A DNA stretch of 64,000 nucleotides from Minisyncoccota bacterium (GTDB taxonomy: Bacteria; Patescibacteriota; Minisyncoccia; UBA6257; 2-01-FULL-56-20), in NCBI GenBank assembly GCA_035541435.1, contig DATKNL010000009.1, positions 14,687 through 78,686 on the forward strand. Reading direction: 5' to 3'. This document shows positions 53,502-63,088 of the stretch, piece after piece. Made by a program: the position numbers and the translations under genes. Under the pieces are notes generated by a model. It saw only the letters and a list, made by a program, of their open reading frames with translations. It did no database searches and was not told where the DNA came from. Numbering within the stretch: the first letter of the stretch is position 1; each line of letters starts with the position of its first letter.

Positions 53502-55016
53502 ATGGAGACAAAACGCGCCGCGGCAATCATTAAAAACGTTTCACGACTCAACGTCCTGGTCATCGGGGACTTCTTTCTCGACCGCTACAACATCACCGGC
53601 GAACCGACCATCTCCCCCGAGTTCCCCGTGCTCCGCTCGGCCGTAAGGGAACAGCTCGACTTCCCCGGCGCGGCGGCGAACATCGCGAGGAGCTTCGCAC
53701 GGCTGGGCGCGAAGGTTTCGATCGCCGGGTTCCTCGGCGAGAACGAGGCCGGCGCGACCCTAGCGCGGATCCTCGAACGCGACGGCATCGACACGGCCGG
53801 CGCGGTCCGCGGCGGCAAGACGGGCCTCTTCATGCGCATCGTTTCGCGGAACGGCAAGGATGTCGCCCACTTCCACCGCCTCGACGAGCCCCAGGAGCAT
53901 CCGGCCCACGCCCGCGAGCACGTCGCCGCCTTCGTGAAAAAGAACGTCGCGAAATTCGACCTCGTCTTCATCGCCGACTACGCGGAAAACGAAGATTCGG
54001 TCATCGACGCCAGCCTCGTCGCTTCGGTCACCCGCACCGCGAAGCACACGGCCGGCATGTCACGCAGCCGCATCGACCTTTTCAAGCAGATCACCTGGGT
54101 TTTCATGAACAAGCTCGAAGCCGCGAAGCTCATCGGCAAACCCGATGCCGACCGGCACGCAAAGACCATCAATCAGAAGATCGGCAGCCGGAACGTCGTC
54201 GTGACCCGCGGCCGCCACGGCGCGGTGACAAGCAACGGCACCGAAATCGCGGCGATCATGACGGACGTCGTCGACCCCTGCGGCGCCGGCGACACCTTCG
54301 CATCGACCTTCTGCGCTTCGCTGCTCGGGGGCGCCGACGAGAACGAGGCGGGCAACCTCGCCGCCCAGGCCGCGGCCATCGCCGTCGGACAGCACTTCAC
54401 CTATTGCCCGAGCGGCGAAGAAGTCATCGACGCCGTCGCGCGCGCGAACAGCGAATCGCAGGACCTCGACCGCCTCGCAAAGAAAATCGAGGACTATAAG
54501 TCGGCCGGCAAGGTCATCGTCTTCGCCAACGGCTTCTTCGACCTGATCCACAGCGGCCACGTGCTCATGCTTGAACGGGCGAAGCAGCTCGGCGACGTCC
54601 TCGTCGTCGGCATCAACTCGGACCGCTCGACCCGCGAGAACAAGGGGCCGGGTCGGCCGATCATGCCCGAAGCGAGCCGCATCAAGATCCTTTCGTCACT
54701 CCGGTTCGTCGACCACGTCTTCGTATTCGACGAGCTCACCCCCATCAAGGCAATCATGAAGCTGAAGCCCCACGTCATCGTGAAGGGCGGCAACTTCACG
54801 CCTGACGAGGTGATCGGCAAGAACATCGTCGAGGCCTACGGCGGCCGCGTCGAAGTCATCATCCCCGAGACGGGATTCATGACGGACGACCTCATCAGGC
54901 ATATCGCGGTCCCGCAGAAGGCCGCATCGCGGCCGAAAGCGAAACGGGGAGCGCCGGCGCGCGCGAGGAAATCCGCGAAGACGCACCGCCATGAAAACAA
55001 GCGATCGCGATCCTAA
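53502..55016 (+). CDS. hldE: Bifunctional D-beta-D-heptose 7-phosphate kinase / D-beta-D-heptose 1-phosphate adenylyltransferase
   Basis: N-terminal PfkB/ribokinase-like domain (VLVIGDFFLDRY ... DPCGAGDTFASTF). C-terminal RfaE-II domain (VIVFANGFFDLIHSGHVLMLERAKQLGDVLVVGINSD ... KGGNF). Confidence 0.85.
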   Translation: METKRAAAIIKNVSRLNVLVIGDFFLDRYNITGEPTISPEFPVLRSAVREQLDFPGAAANIARSFARLGAKVSIAGFLGENEAGATLARILERDGIDTAGAVRGGKTGLFMRIVSRNGKDVAHFHRLDEPQEHPAHAREHVAAFVKKNVAKFDLVFIADYAENEDSVIDASLVASVTRTAKHTAGMSRSRIDLFKQITWVFMNKLEAAKLIGKPDADRHAKTINQKIGSRNVVVTRGRHGAVTSNGTEIAAIMTDVVDPCGAGDTFASTFCASLLGGADENEAGNLAAQAAAIAVGQHFTYCPSGEEVIDAVARANSESQDLDRLAKKIEDYKSAGKVIVFANGFFDLIHSGHVLMLERAKQLGDVLVVGINSDRSTRENKGPGRPIMPEASRIKILSSLRFVDHVFVFDELTPIKAIMKLKPHVIVKGGNFTPDEVIGKNIVEAYGGRVEVIIPETGFMTDDLIRHIAVPQKAASRPKAKRGAPARARKSAKTHRHENKRSRS

Positions 55017-55899
55017 GACCTATATCGACATCGCGCACAGCTTCGTCAACCGCTCCGACCTGCCGGACGCCGAGAAGAAGCTCATCGCTTCGGAGCTTGA
55101 GCGCTACCTCAAGGTGCAGCTGACCCGCAACCAGTGGCTCGAGCCCGCGATCACGAAGTTCTGCACGGACTGGTACCGCGAGTTCTATCGCATGATCGAC
55201 CGCGCCGATCCGTATCGCGGCGTGAAGGACCTGTCGCGCCGGCACGCCGAGCGCCTGACCGCGCGCTTCAAGCCCGCGACGTTCGGCGAGATCCTCATGT
55301 TCTGCATCCTGGGGAACAAGATCGACTATGGCTCGCTCTCGGCGCATACGCCCGATTTCGCCGAGCTCGAACAGGACCTCCGCCATTCGGCCGCCGAGGC
55401 GCTCGACATCGACGACTCCGCCGGCCTCGATCGCGCCATCCGGAAGGCGCGCCAGGTCATGCTGCTCGTCGACAACGTCGGCGAAATCGAGTTCGACAAA
55501 TTCCTACTCGGCTACGTTAAAAAGAATGGCACGGCGAGGATCCTCATCGCGGGCAAGGAGGAGCCGATGCTGAACGATGCGACCGTCCACGACCTGCGCG
55601 AATCCGGCATGAGCCGTTTCGGCACAATCGTCTCGACGGGCAGCGACTGCTTCGGCCTGCACGAGGAATATGTCTCCCCCGCCTTCAAGAAGGAGTTCAA
55701 AACGAGCGACCTCGTGATCGCGAAGGGGCAGGCCTATCTGGAATTCTTCACCGAATATAATATTGCGAACGTATTCAACGTCCTTTATTCGAAATATCCG
55801 ATCGTCGGCAACGGCTTCAGGCTGCCGCCGCACAAGAAGGCCGTCATTTCGTCGAAGCGGTATGCGCACCCGAACAACCGGCGCTACGATTTCGGCTAG
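54991..55899 (+). CDS. DUF89 (ARMT1-like) metal-dependent sugar-phosphate phosphatase
   Basis: LLVDNVGEIEFD (DNxGxE motif) and IAKGQAYLEFF (KGxxNYE-like). Overlaps the hldE 3' end by 26 nt, so likely translationally coupled. Confidence 0.65.
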   Translation: MKTSDRDPKTYIDIAHSFVNRSDLPDAEKKLIASELERYLKVQLTRNQWLEPAITKFCTDWYREFYRMIDRADPYRGVKDLSRRHAERLTARFKPATFGEILMFCILGNKIDYGSLSAHTPDFAELEQDLRHSAAEALDIDDSAGLDRAIRKARQVMLLVDNVGEIEFDKFLLGYVKKNGTARILIAGKEEPMLNDATVHDLRESGMSRFGTIVSTGSDCFGLHEEYVSPAFKKEFKTSDLVIAKGQAYLEFFTEYNIANVFNVLYSKYPIVGNGFRLPPHKKAVISSKRYAHPNNRRYDFG

Positions 55900-56900
55900 G
55901 CGCCGGCCGGCTGGCCCTGTCTGCGCCTGAGCGCCTCGACAAGCTCCTCCGCCGCCTCGCGGCTCGCGGGATAATTCCGTTCGGCGCGCATGAGGCGCAG
56001 CGGCCAGGCGATGCCGTGCTGCAGCGCCCGCAGCGCCGATTCGAACGCGCGATACGGACCCCGGCCGGCATAGGTCGCCACGCGGAGCACGCCGGCGATC
56101 GCGGTGAACCGCACGTCGAGCGATTTTTTGAAATAGGCGCGGGCGTCGTCCAGGCGCCCTTCGAGCGCATAGAAGTTCGCGAGGCGCGAATAGACGTCGG
56201 GCGCGAAGCGGCTGAACGTGCGCGGCTTCGCGGGATCAAGGTCGCGAAGCACGGTCTCGAGCCGGCGCGAAAAGATTTCGGGATGCGCCTGCGGCGAGCT
56301 GGTCACCTGGGACGCGTGGTTGAAATAGACCGTGAGCGGTTCGGCCACCGTGCGCTCGATCGCCGGATCGTCCTGGGCGCCGATCGCGCGCACGCGGATC
56401 GCGAAATCCTCGACGCTGCGCTGTTCCGGACGGAACATCCCGCCACGCTCGAGGAACTCCCGGCGCACGAGCCAGTTCGTCGGGGCATATGACGCGCAGT
56501 CGGCGAACCGTCCCGTCGCGAAATCGACGACCCAGCTGGTGCCGTTCACGATAAGCACCCCGCGATCCGCTTCGAGGACGGCGAGTTTCGTTTCAAGATT
56601 GCGCGCCAGATAGGCGTCGTCGCTGTCGAGGAACGCGAGATAAGTGCCGCGCGTCATCGCGATGCCCGTATTGCGCGCCGCACCCTGGCCGGCATTCGGC
56701 TGATAGGCATAGCGGATGCGCGGATCCTTGGCTGCGAGCGCCGCGACGACGGCCTTCGTGTCGTCGGTCGAGCCATCGTCCACGACGACGAGCTCCCAAC
56801 CCCCGAAGGTCTGCCCCTGCACGCTCGCGACCGCGTTCCGCAGAAGGTCGGAACGGTTGTAGGTCGGAATGATGACGGAAACCTTGGGGGCGGTGGACAT
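55896..56900 (-). CDS. Glycosyltransferase family 2
   Basis: VSVIIPTYNRSDLLRNAVASVQGQTF...VVDDGSTDDT...AFLDSDD. Confidence 0.8.
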   Translation of the reverse strand: MSTAPKVSVIIPTYNRSDLLRNAVASVQGQTFGGWELVVVDDGSTDDTKAVVAALAAKDPRIRYAYQPNAGQGAARNTGIAMTRGTYLAFLDSDDAYLARNLETKLAVLEADRGVLIVNGTSWVVDFATGRFADCASYAPTNWLVRREFLERGGMFRPEQRSVEDFAIRVRAIGAQDDPAIERTVAEPLTVYFNHASQVTSSPQAHPEIFSRRLETVLRDLDPAKPRTFSRFAPDVYSRLANFYALEGRLDDARAYFKKSLDVRFTAIAGVLRVATYAGRGPYRAFESALRALQHGIAWPLRLMRAERNYPASREAAEELVEALRRRQGQPAGA

Positions 56901-56909
56901 GGGCTGATG

Positions 56910-57911
56910 TTAGGCCGCGCGGGCGACGCGGTCAACGGTCCGCGCCTCGTCGCGCAGCACGTATGCCTTCGCGCCGTAGCGCATCCTAAACCGCAGGAAG
57001 GCGAGCCTGAACCCGAGCCGTTCGCCGAACGCTCGAAGCGGCAGGATGACGTGCCTGAATGCCCACGAACCCGGCAGCGAGCAGATATAAAGGATGGCCG
57101 TCCCGAGCGATGGATGGACGGCGAACGACCGCGCGAGCGCCTGCCGGCCTTCGCTAACCTTGCCAGCAAGCACGAGATAGACGCCGCGGTTGCGCCACAG
57201 GCGGCCCATGTTGGCCCGTCCGGCAGCGGTCCGCGGCATGATCGGCTCCCATTTCGCGATCATCGCCGCCGCCTTCACGGCAAGCTTCTCGGCGGTCGCA
57301 AGGTTCGTCACCTGCCCGCTGTGGGAATAATAGATGGCCACCGGCATGTCGATATAGGGAACCTTGATCGTGCCGTCATGGATCAGCGGCTGCAGGCGAA
57401 AGACGTGGTCGACATCCTCGATGATGTTCCGGTCCTCGTCATAGGGGCCGTAGTCGACGAAGATCGCCCGGCTGAGCAACACCGAACTCGGCGTCGAGCC
57501 GCCGATGCCGTTCACCCGTCCGGTCTGCCACGACATGCGCCACGTATGCCCGCGCACGACGTCGGCCCGCGCGCGCACGGCCTCGGAACCCAGCAGGTCG
57601 AGCGCCTCGGGCATGAGCGCGTCGTCGGAATCAAGCGCAAGGATCCAATCCCCTTTGGCATAGGCGATGCCCGTATTGCGCGCCGCCGCAACGCCGGCGT
57701 TCTTCTGATGGAAATAGCGCACGGCAAGCTCGGGGTGCGCATCGGCGAACTGCCGCACGACCGTTGCGGTCTCGTCGGTCGAGCCGTCGTCGACGACGAT
57801 GAGTTCGAGCGGCAGGTTCGTCTGCGCGGCGACGCTCGGCAGCGATACGCGCTTCAGGAAGTCGGCGCGGTTATAGGTCGGGATGATGACGCTAATGCGC
57901 AGCGATTCCAT
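56910..57911 (-). CDS. Glycosyltransferase family 2
   Basis: ISVIIPTYNRADFLKRV...IVVDDGSTDET...LALDSDD. Start at internal ATG 57911. Confidence 0.8.
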   Translation of the reverse strand: MESLRISVIIPTYNRADFLKRVSLPSVAAQTNLPLELIVVDDGSTDETATVVRQFADAHPELAVRYFHQKNAGVAAARNTGIAYAKGDWILALDSDDALMPEALDLLGSEAVRARADVVRGHTWRMSWQTGRVNGIGGSTPSSVLLSRAIFVDYGPYDEDRNIIEDVDHVFRLQPLIHDGTIKVPYIDMPVAIYYSHSGQVTNLATAEKLAVKAAAMIAKWEPIMPRTAAGRANMGRLWRNRGVYLVLAGKVSEGRQALARSFAVHPSLGTAILYICSLPGSWAFRHVILPLRAFGERLGFRLAFLRFRMRYGAKAYVLRDEARTVDRVARAA

Positions 57912-59073
57912 GGTTGTTATAGCTCGTCCACGCCTCGGTGATTTCGCGGGCGACCCGTTCCCACGACAGGCCTTCGGCCGTCGCGCGGCCGTGCTTCGCG
58001 AGCTCGGCGCAGAGCTTCGGATCGTCGACCAGACGCCGCATCGCGCGCGCCATCGCGTGAACGTCCGTCGGATCGTCGAGCAGCAGCGAATCATATCCGT
58101 CCTTCATGCGTTCCGACGCGCCGGCGTAGCGGGGCCCCGAAGTGATCGTCGGCAGTCCGGCCGCGAGGGCCTCGGCGATCACGAGCCCGAACGGCTCGTC
58201 GAGCGTCGGGAAGAGGAATGCGTCGGCGGCGGCGCACCAGTCGGCGAAATCGCTCCGCGGACCGATGAAGAACACGCGGTCGCCCACGCCGCGCTCGTCC
58301 GCAAGGCGCCGGAACGCCCGGTTGTCGGCCTTGCCGGCGACGACGAGTTTCGCGTGCGGCGCTCCGAGTTCGGCGAGCGCCTCGATCGCAAAGTTCAGTC
58401 CCTTGCGCTTGAACTCGTTGCCTGAAAAGAGAAAGACGAAGTCGCCGTCCGCGAACTTCATCTCGCTGCGGATCCGCGCACGGACGGCGGGATTCGGCGC
58501 GAACTCATGCGCATTCACGCCGCTATGCACGACAACCACCCGTTCGTCGGAAACGCCGTAGAGGGCGACGATCTCACGCTTCACCTTGTTCGCGATCGCG
58601 ATCACGCGCCTCGCGCCGCGCCTCACCGCCCAGCCCTCGACGAGGATGATCGCGAGGTTGATCGGCCGCAGCTTGCGGGCAATGCGCCGCAGGTAGCCCT
58701 TCGCGGTCTTCGGCTCGCGCGCGTTCGTCACGATGACCGCCTGCCGGTGCACGCTCTGCGCAATCATGAAATCCGTATTAAAGGAATACAGGCCGTTCGA
58801 TATGAAAAGCCCGTCGGGATGTTCGCGCTTGAACGCGCGATAGATGCGCGACGCCTTCGCCGCCTTCGCGAGATGGGTGAGCGCGGGAACGCGCCAGTCC
58901 GTCCTGATCGGGATCACGCGCTCGAGGTTGTCGGTCGGATAGCCGACGCTTGAGGCGACGATCGAAACGCGGTGCCCCGCCGCCACAAGCGCCTGGGCGA
59001 GCTCGACGCTGTAGCGTTCGATGCCGCCGAGCTTGTCATAGGTTCCCGCCGCGATGCAGACGTCGTAGCCCAT
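57892..59073 (-). CDS. Glycosyltransferase family 1/4 (GT-B fold)
   Basis: C-terminal EPFGLVIAEALAAGLPTITS (E-x7-E motif region); 393 aa. Confidence 0.85.
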   Translation of the reverse strand: MGYDVCIAAGTYDKLGGIERYSVELAQALVAAGHRVSIVASSVGYPTDNLERVIPIRTDWRVPALTHLAKAAKASRIYRAFKREHPDGLFISNGLYSFNTDFMIAQSVHRQAVIVTNAREPKTAKGYLRRIARKLRPINLAIILVEGWAVRRGARRVIAIANKVKREIVALYGVSDERVVVVHSGVNAHEFAPNPAVRARIRSEMKFADGDFVFLFSGNEFKRKGLNFAIEALAELGAPHAKLVVAGKADNRAFRRLADERGVGDRVFFIGPRSDFADWCAAADAFLFPTLDEPFGLVIAEALAAGLPTITSGPRYAGASERMKDGYDSLLLDDPTDVHAMARAMRRLVDDPKLCAELAKHGRATAEGLSWERVAREITEAWTSYNNHGIAAH

Positions 59074-59090
59074 GGATTCCAGTTTAGCAT

Positions 59091-59975
59091 TTACGGGCGC
59101 ATGAAGACGAAGTTGTCATAGCCGAGATTGCCGGCCTGATCGGGGCGTTCAAGAAGCTCGGGATCGCCCTCCTTGTTGAGGCCGTACAGCCGGTAGCCTT
59201 CGCGCGCGAGCAGTCCGATCGTCCCGCCGTGGGCCTCCGCGCCGTCGTCGCTCTTCCAGAGTTCCATCAGAATGACCGGATGTGCCTGCGCGATCATCGC
59301 GCGGGCACCCGCGAGCACCTCCTCCTCGAAGCCCTCGACATCGATTTTCATGATCGTCGGCGGACGATGGCTCTTCGCGTAATCGTCCAGGGTCGTGGTC
59401 TTCGCAATAATTTTCTTAAAGCGGCTGTCGGGACGGAACCCGCTCATGCCTGACATCCGCGGATCGGCATAATAGTCGCGCTCCTCCCCCATCACATCCG
59501 CTACGGCGATCAGGTTCGCAGTCATGTTCGGACGATCGGCATTCTTAACGAGCACCTTAAAGGTGCACGGGTTCGCCTCGAAACTGTGAATCTCGCCTGC
59601 CGTGACGAATTCCTTCGCGAGCGCGGAATAGAATCCGATGTGTGCACCGACGTCATAGAACACGGAATCGTCCTTCAGATTCTTCACGAGGAATTTCGTA
59701 AGCGGCAGCTCGAATCCCGGCAGCGCGCCGAAGAACACGACCGCGATATCCTCGGGAAGGTCGATATAAATGTCCTTCCCCCAGAACGCCCGCGCCTTGG
59801 TCACCATCGGAAACAGCCAGGTTACATAATAGAGTCCCTTGAGGCCATAGCGGCGAAGCGCGTACCAGAGCCGCCGCGACCGAGCCGCAACGGTGCCGCC
59901 ACCCGGCAGATAGGCATCAAAGGCGGCGATCTCGGGCTCTTTTGCTTTAAGAAGATCGAGGCAGGCTTCCCTCAT
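59091..59975 (-). CDS. FkbM-family methyltransferase
   Basis: FYDVGAHIGFYSALA (SAM motif I) and IMKIDVEGFEEEVLAGA (FkbM signature). Start at internal ATG 59975. Confidence 0.75.
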   Translation of the reverse strand: MREACLDLLKAKEPEIAAFDAYLPGGGTVAARSRRLWYALRRYGLKGLYYVTWLFPMVTKARAFWGKDIYIDLPEDIAVVFFGALPGFELPLTKFLVKNLKDDSVFYDVGAHIGFYSALAKEFVTAGEIHSFEANPCTFKVLVKNADRPNMTANLIAVADVMGEERDYYADPRMSGMSGFRPDSRFKKIIAKTTTLDDYAKSHRPPTIMKIDVEGFEEEVLAGARAMIAQAHPVILMELWKSDDGAEAHGGTIGLLAREGYRLYGLNKEGDPELLERPDQAGNLGYDNFVFMRP

Positions 59976-61252
59976 AGGAATGTGGGCTCGAACGGTTCGT
60001 TGCGGACGGGGTGCCGCTTCAGATAATCGAGCAGGCCGTCGAACTCGCGGATTACGTCGTCCGCCTCGACGGCCGCGATGCACGGGGCGGGCTCGCCGAC
60101 GGGCACGGTCGCGGCGCAGCGCCAATCGTCATAGAGGCAGCCGACATCCTTATAGACCCAGCGGTTCACGCCGCGGCGGCCATAGAGGGAATTCATGCCG
60201 AGGTGCGCGCCCGCGGGAATGCAGACCGAAGGGACGCCGAGGGCGACCGCGACGTGAACCGGTCCCGTATCGTTCGTGATCACGCTGTGCGCGTTCGCGA
60301 CGACCACCGATGATTCCGCAAGCGAGAACGCGCCGCAGCCGTTCACGAGCGGCACCGAGGCCAGTTCGGCGATGCGCCGGCCGAGGACGGCTTCGTCGGG
60401 AGAGCCGATGGTCGCGAGGCCGAATCCGCGCGCATGCACGGCGGCGGCAACGGCGGCGAACTTCTCGACCTGCCAGCGCTTCATGGGATCGCTCGCGCCG
60501 GGAACCAGCACGACATAGCGGCCTTTCGCAAGCCCCATTTCGCGCATCTTGCGCGAGGCGCCGTCGACCGCCGCGGGATCGATATGGAAATTGAGCGAAA
60601 ACTCGCGGGCGGGCGCACCGCCCGTCACGGCCATGCGGATCGCGTCATGATGCAGGAGCGCGTTCGCAGGATGGCCGCCATGCCGGTCGAAATCCCGATC
60701 GATCGACGGCACCGTCACCGCATAGCGCGGAAAGACGTGCCGGCGGGCATATCGGTCGAAACGCGCCGATTCGGGGTTGCGCAGCTCGACCCACGGCCCC
60801 TCGTATCCCACCACGCGTTGCGCGCCGAGCGAAGCGGCCACGACCCTGCTCGTCTTCTCTTTGATGCCAAGGCACTGGTTGACGACTTCGCTGAAACCGA
60901 TTTCGCGCAGCATGTTGATCGAACGCAGCGCGTACAACGGGTTCGTGCCGAACTTCGACGAATCGATCTTGATCACCTCGTCAACCGTGTCGCCGAATGC
61001 CGCCGGCGAAAGTCCCGACTGGCGCGCGATGGCAAGATGGATTTTCTTCCCGCCGAAATGCCGCCGATACTGCGCAAGGACCGACGTCGCGATGATGACG
61101 TCGCCGATGCCGTGAAAGTCGACGATGAGCACCCGGTCCTCCCATCCTTCCTTGTTGACCTTCGACCCGAACAGCGCGAGCAGAACGCGCGCGGCCCATC
61201 CGGCGAGGGTCCACTTGATGAAAAATTTCATTTTCTCGGTTGTCGTATCCAT
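59972..61252 (-). CDS. Glycosyltransferase family 9 (heptosyltransferase)
   Basis: VLIVDFHGIGDVIIATSVLAQYRRHF and the C-terminal NDTGPVHVAVALGVPSVCI GT9 signature. Confidence 0.85.
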   Translation of the reverse strand: MDTTTEKMKFFIKWTLAGWAARVLLALFGSKVNKEGWEDRVLIVDFHGIGDVIIATSVLAQYRRHFGGKKIHLAIARQSGLSPAAFGDTVDEVIKIDSSKFGTNPLYALRSINMLREIGFSEVVNQCLGIKEKTSRVVAASLGAQRVVGYEGPWVELRNPESARFDRYARRHVFPRYAVTVPSIDRDFDRHGGHPANALLHHDAIRMAVTGGAPAREFSLNFHIDPAAVDGASRKMREMGLAKGRYVVLVPGASDPMKRWQVEKFAAVAAAVHARGFGLATIGSPDEAVLGRRIAELASVPLVNGCGAFSLAESSVVVANAHSVITNDTGPVHVAVALGVPSVCIPAGAHLGMNSLYGRRGVNRWVYKDVGCLYDDWRCAATVPVGEPAPCIAAVEADDVIREFDGLLDYLKRHPVRNEPFEPTFL

Positions 61253-61261
61253 GAAAGTTGC

Positions 61262-62623
61262 TTATGCGTCCATGTAAGCCGCAAGGAACGGCTCGGTGCG
61301 CTCAGGGTGCGTGTGGAGGTAGTCGTCGAGCCTATGATAGTCCGCGACGACCTCGGCGGCCGTTACGGCTTCGAGGCACGGCGCGGGCGATCCCTGCGGG
61401 ACCGTGAGGGCGCACCGGGCGTCGTCATAGAGGCATCCGATATCCTTATATATCCACCGGTTCACCGCCTTGCGGCCATAGAGCGAATTGAAGGCGATGT
61501 GCCCTGCCGTCGCGATGCAGATCGTCGGAACGCCGAGGGCCACCGCGATATGCACCGGCCCCGTGTCGTTCGTGATGAGCATGTGCGCGTGCCTGATGAC
61601 CGCGGCCGATTCCATCAGCGTAACCGCTCCCGCGGTATCGATCAACGGGAACGGCAGGTGCTTCCCAAACTCCCGGCTGTAGGGCTGCTGCGCAGGCGAG
61701 CCGATGACGAGGACATCGAAGCCCCGCGCGTGCACGGCCTTCGCGACCTCGGCGAACTTGCCGATGTTCCATTGCCGGGCGGGATCGACGCACGCGACGG
61801 CGAACGCGACATAGCGTCCGGGTTTCGTCCCCCATTGCCCGATCTTCTCGAGCACGGCCGCATCCGCTGCCGGGTCGATGCCGAACGCCGTCGACGGATC
61901 GCGCGGACCGCCGTGGCCGTGAAGGGCGTCGGCGAGCGCAAGATGGTGCTGGATCGCTGTCTTCGGATGCGTTCCCTGCTTCATGAAATCCTTGTCGATC
62001 GATTCGACGAGGCGGGTGTAGCGGCCGAAGATGCGCGAGCGCGAAAACCGCACGAAAGGCGCCGCTGTCAGGTCGAGCAGCTCGATGCCCGGGCCTTCGT
62101 AGCCGACAACCGTTTCCGCCTTGAGCGAAACGGCGATGAGCTTGCTCGTGAGGTCCTTGAGGCCGGCCGCATCGTTCACGACCGTGCGGAAGCCGATCCG
62201 GCGCAGCCGGTTGACCGTCGCGACCTGATATCCCGGGCTCGATTGGAACCGCACGCCGTCGAAGACCACGAGGTCGTCGACCAGGTCGCCGAACATGGCC
62301 TTCGTCATGCCGCCGTGCTTCGTGACGAGCAGGAATATTTTCTTCGATGCGAACTTCGCACGGTACTGCCGCAGGGCGGGCGTCGCCATGATCACGTCGC
62401 CGATGCCGCCTGCGCCGATGATCAGCACCCGGTCGTCCCAGCCGTCCCGGTTCACGGGGGCGCCGAAAAGGTTGAGGGCCGCACCTGCGATGCCGCTCAT
62501 CAGGTCCCAGCGGAGAAAGAATTTCACGCGCTCCTCGCGTTCGCGTCCCCGAGGACCCGATCCGAAACCAAGATCGAGGACTTTCTTGAGGGAGGACGTG
62601 ATCGGCATGGGTTCGAAATCCAT
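61262..62623 (-). CDS. Glycosyltransferase family 9 (heptosyltransferase), paralogue
   Basis: VLIIGAGGIGDVIMATPALRQYRAKF and NDTGPVHIAVALGVPTICI. Start codon uncertain (M13 chosen). Confidence 0.85.
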   Translation of the reverse strand: MDFEPMPITSSLKKVLDLGFGSGPRGREREERVKFFLRWDLMSGIAGAALNLFGAPVNRDGWDDRVLIIGAGGIGDVIMATPALRQYRAKFASKKIFLLVTKHGGMTKAMFGDLVDDLVVFDGVRFQSSPGYQVATVNRLRRIGFRTVVNDAAGLKDLTSKLIAVSLKAETVVGYEGPGIELLDLTAAPFVRFSRSRIFGRYTRLVESIDKDFMKQGTHPKTAIQHHLALADALHGHGGPRDPSTAFGIDPAADAAVLEKIGQWGTKPGRYVAFAVACVDPARQWNIGKFAEVAKAVHARGFDVLVIGSPAQQPYSREFGKHLPFPLIDTAGAVTLMESAAVIRHAHMLITNDTGPVHIAVALGVPTICIATAGHIAFNSLYGRKAVNRWIYKDIGCLYDDARCALTVPQGSPAPCLEAVTAAEVVADYHRLDDYLHTHPERTEPFLAAYMDA

Positions 62624-62705
62624 ACCATCGTACCACGGCCCCCGAGGCCCGGAAAGCAAGGAATTGCGGCTTGCCCCCGCCCTCCGAACGGCCTACAATG
62701 ACGCT

Positions 62706-63080
62706 ATGGAACGGGACCGCGGAAGCCGCGTGATCGGCACCGGCATCGACATCGTCGAAATGGAACGGGTGCGCCGCATCGGCGCCCCCGACCGCTTCGC
62801 GGAATTCTTCCTTACGCCTGCCGAGCTCGACACCTATCGCGTGTCGCCCGACCCGGTCGGCTTCATCGCCTCGCGATTCGCGCTGAAGGAAGCCGTCATC
62901 AAGGCGTTCCCGGGGCTCCTCAAGCCGCACGATTTCGAAATTGTGAAGGACGGCGCGAAGCCCGTGCTGCGGTTCCTCGCCGGCGAGCGCGCGGCGAAGT
63001 ATCGCGCGACGGTGAGCCTCGCCCACTCCGAACTCTTCGCCGCCGGCTGTGCCGTCATCATGTCGCGCCGGTCGGCCTAG
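62706..63080 (+). CDS. acpS: Holo-[acyl-carrier-protein] synthase (4'-phosphopantetheinyl transferase)
   Basis: VIGTGIDIVEMERVRRI...FALKEAVIKA, 124 aa. Start at internal ATG 62706 of track ORF 62295..63080. Confidence 0.85.
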   Translation: MERDRGSRVIGTGIDIVEMERVRRIGAPDRFAEFFLTPAELDTYRVSPDPVGFIASRFALKEAVIKAFPGLLKPHDFEIVKDGAKPVLRFLAGERAAKYRATVSLAHSELFAAGCAVIMSRRSA

Positions 63081-63088
63081 CGCCCATC

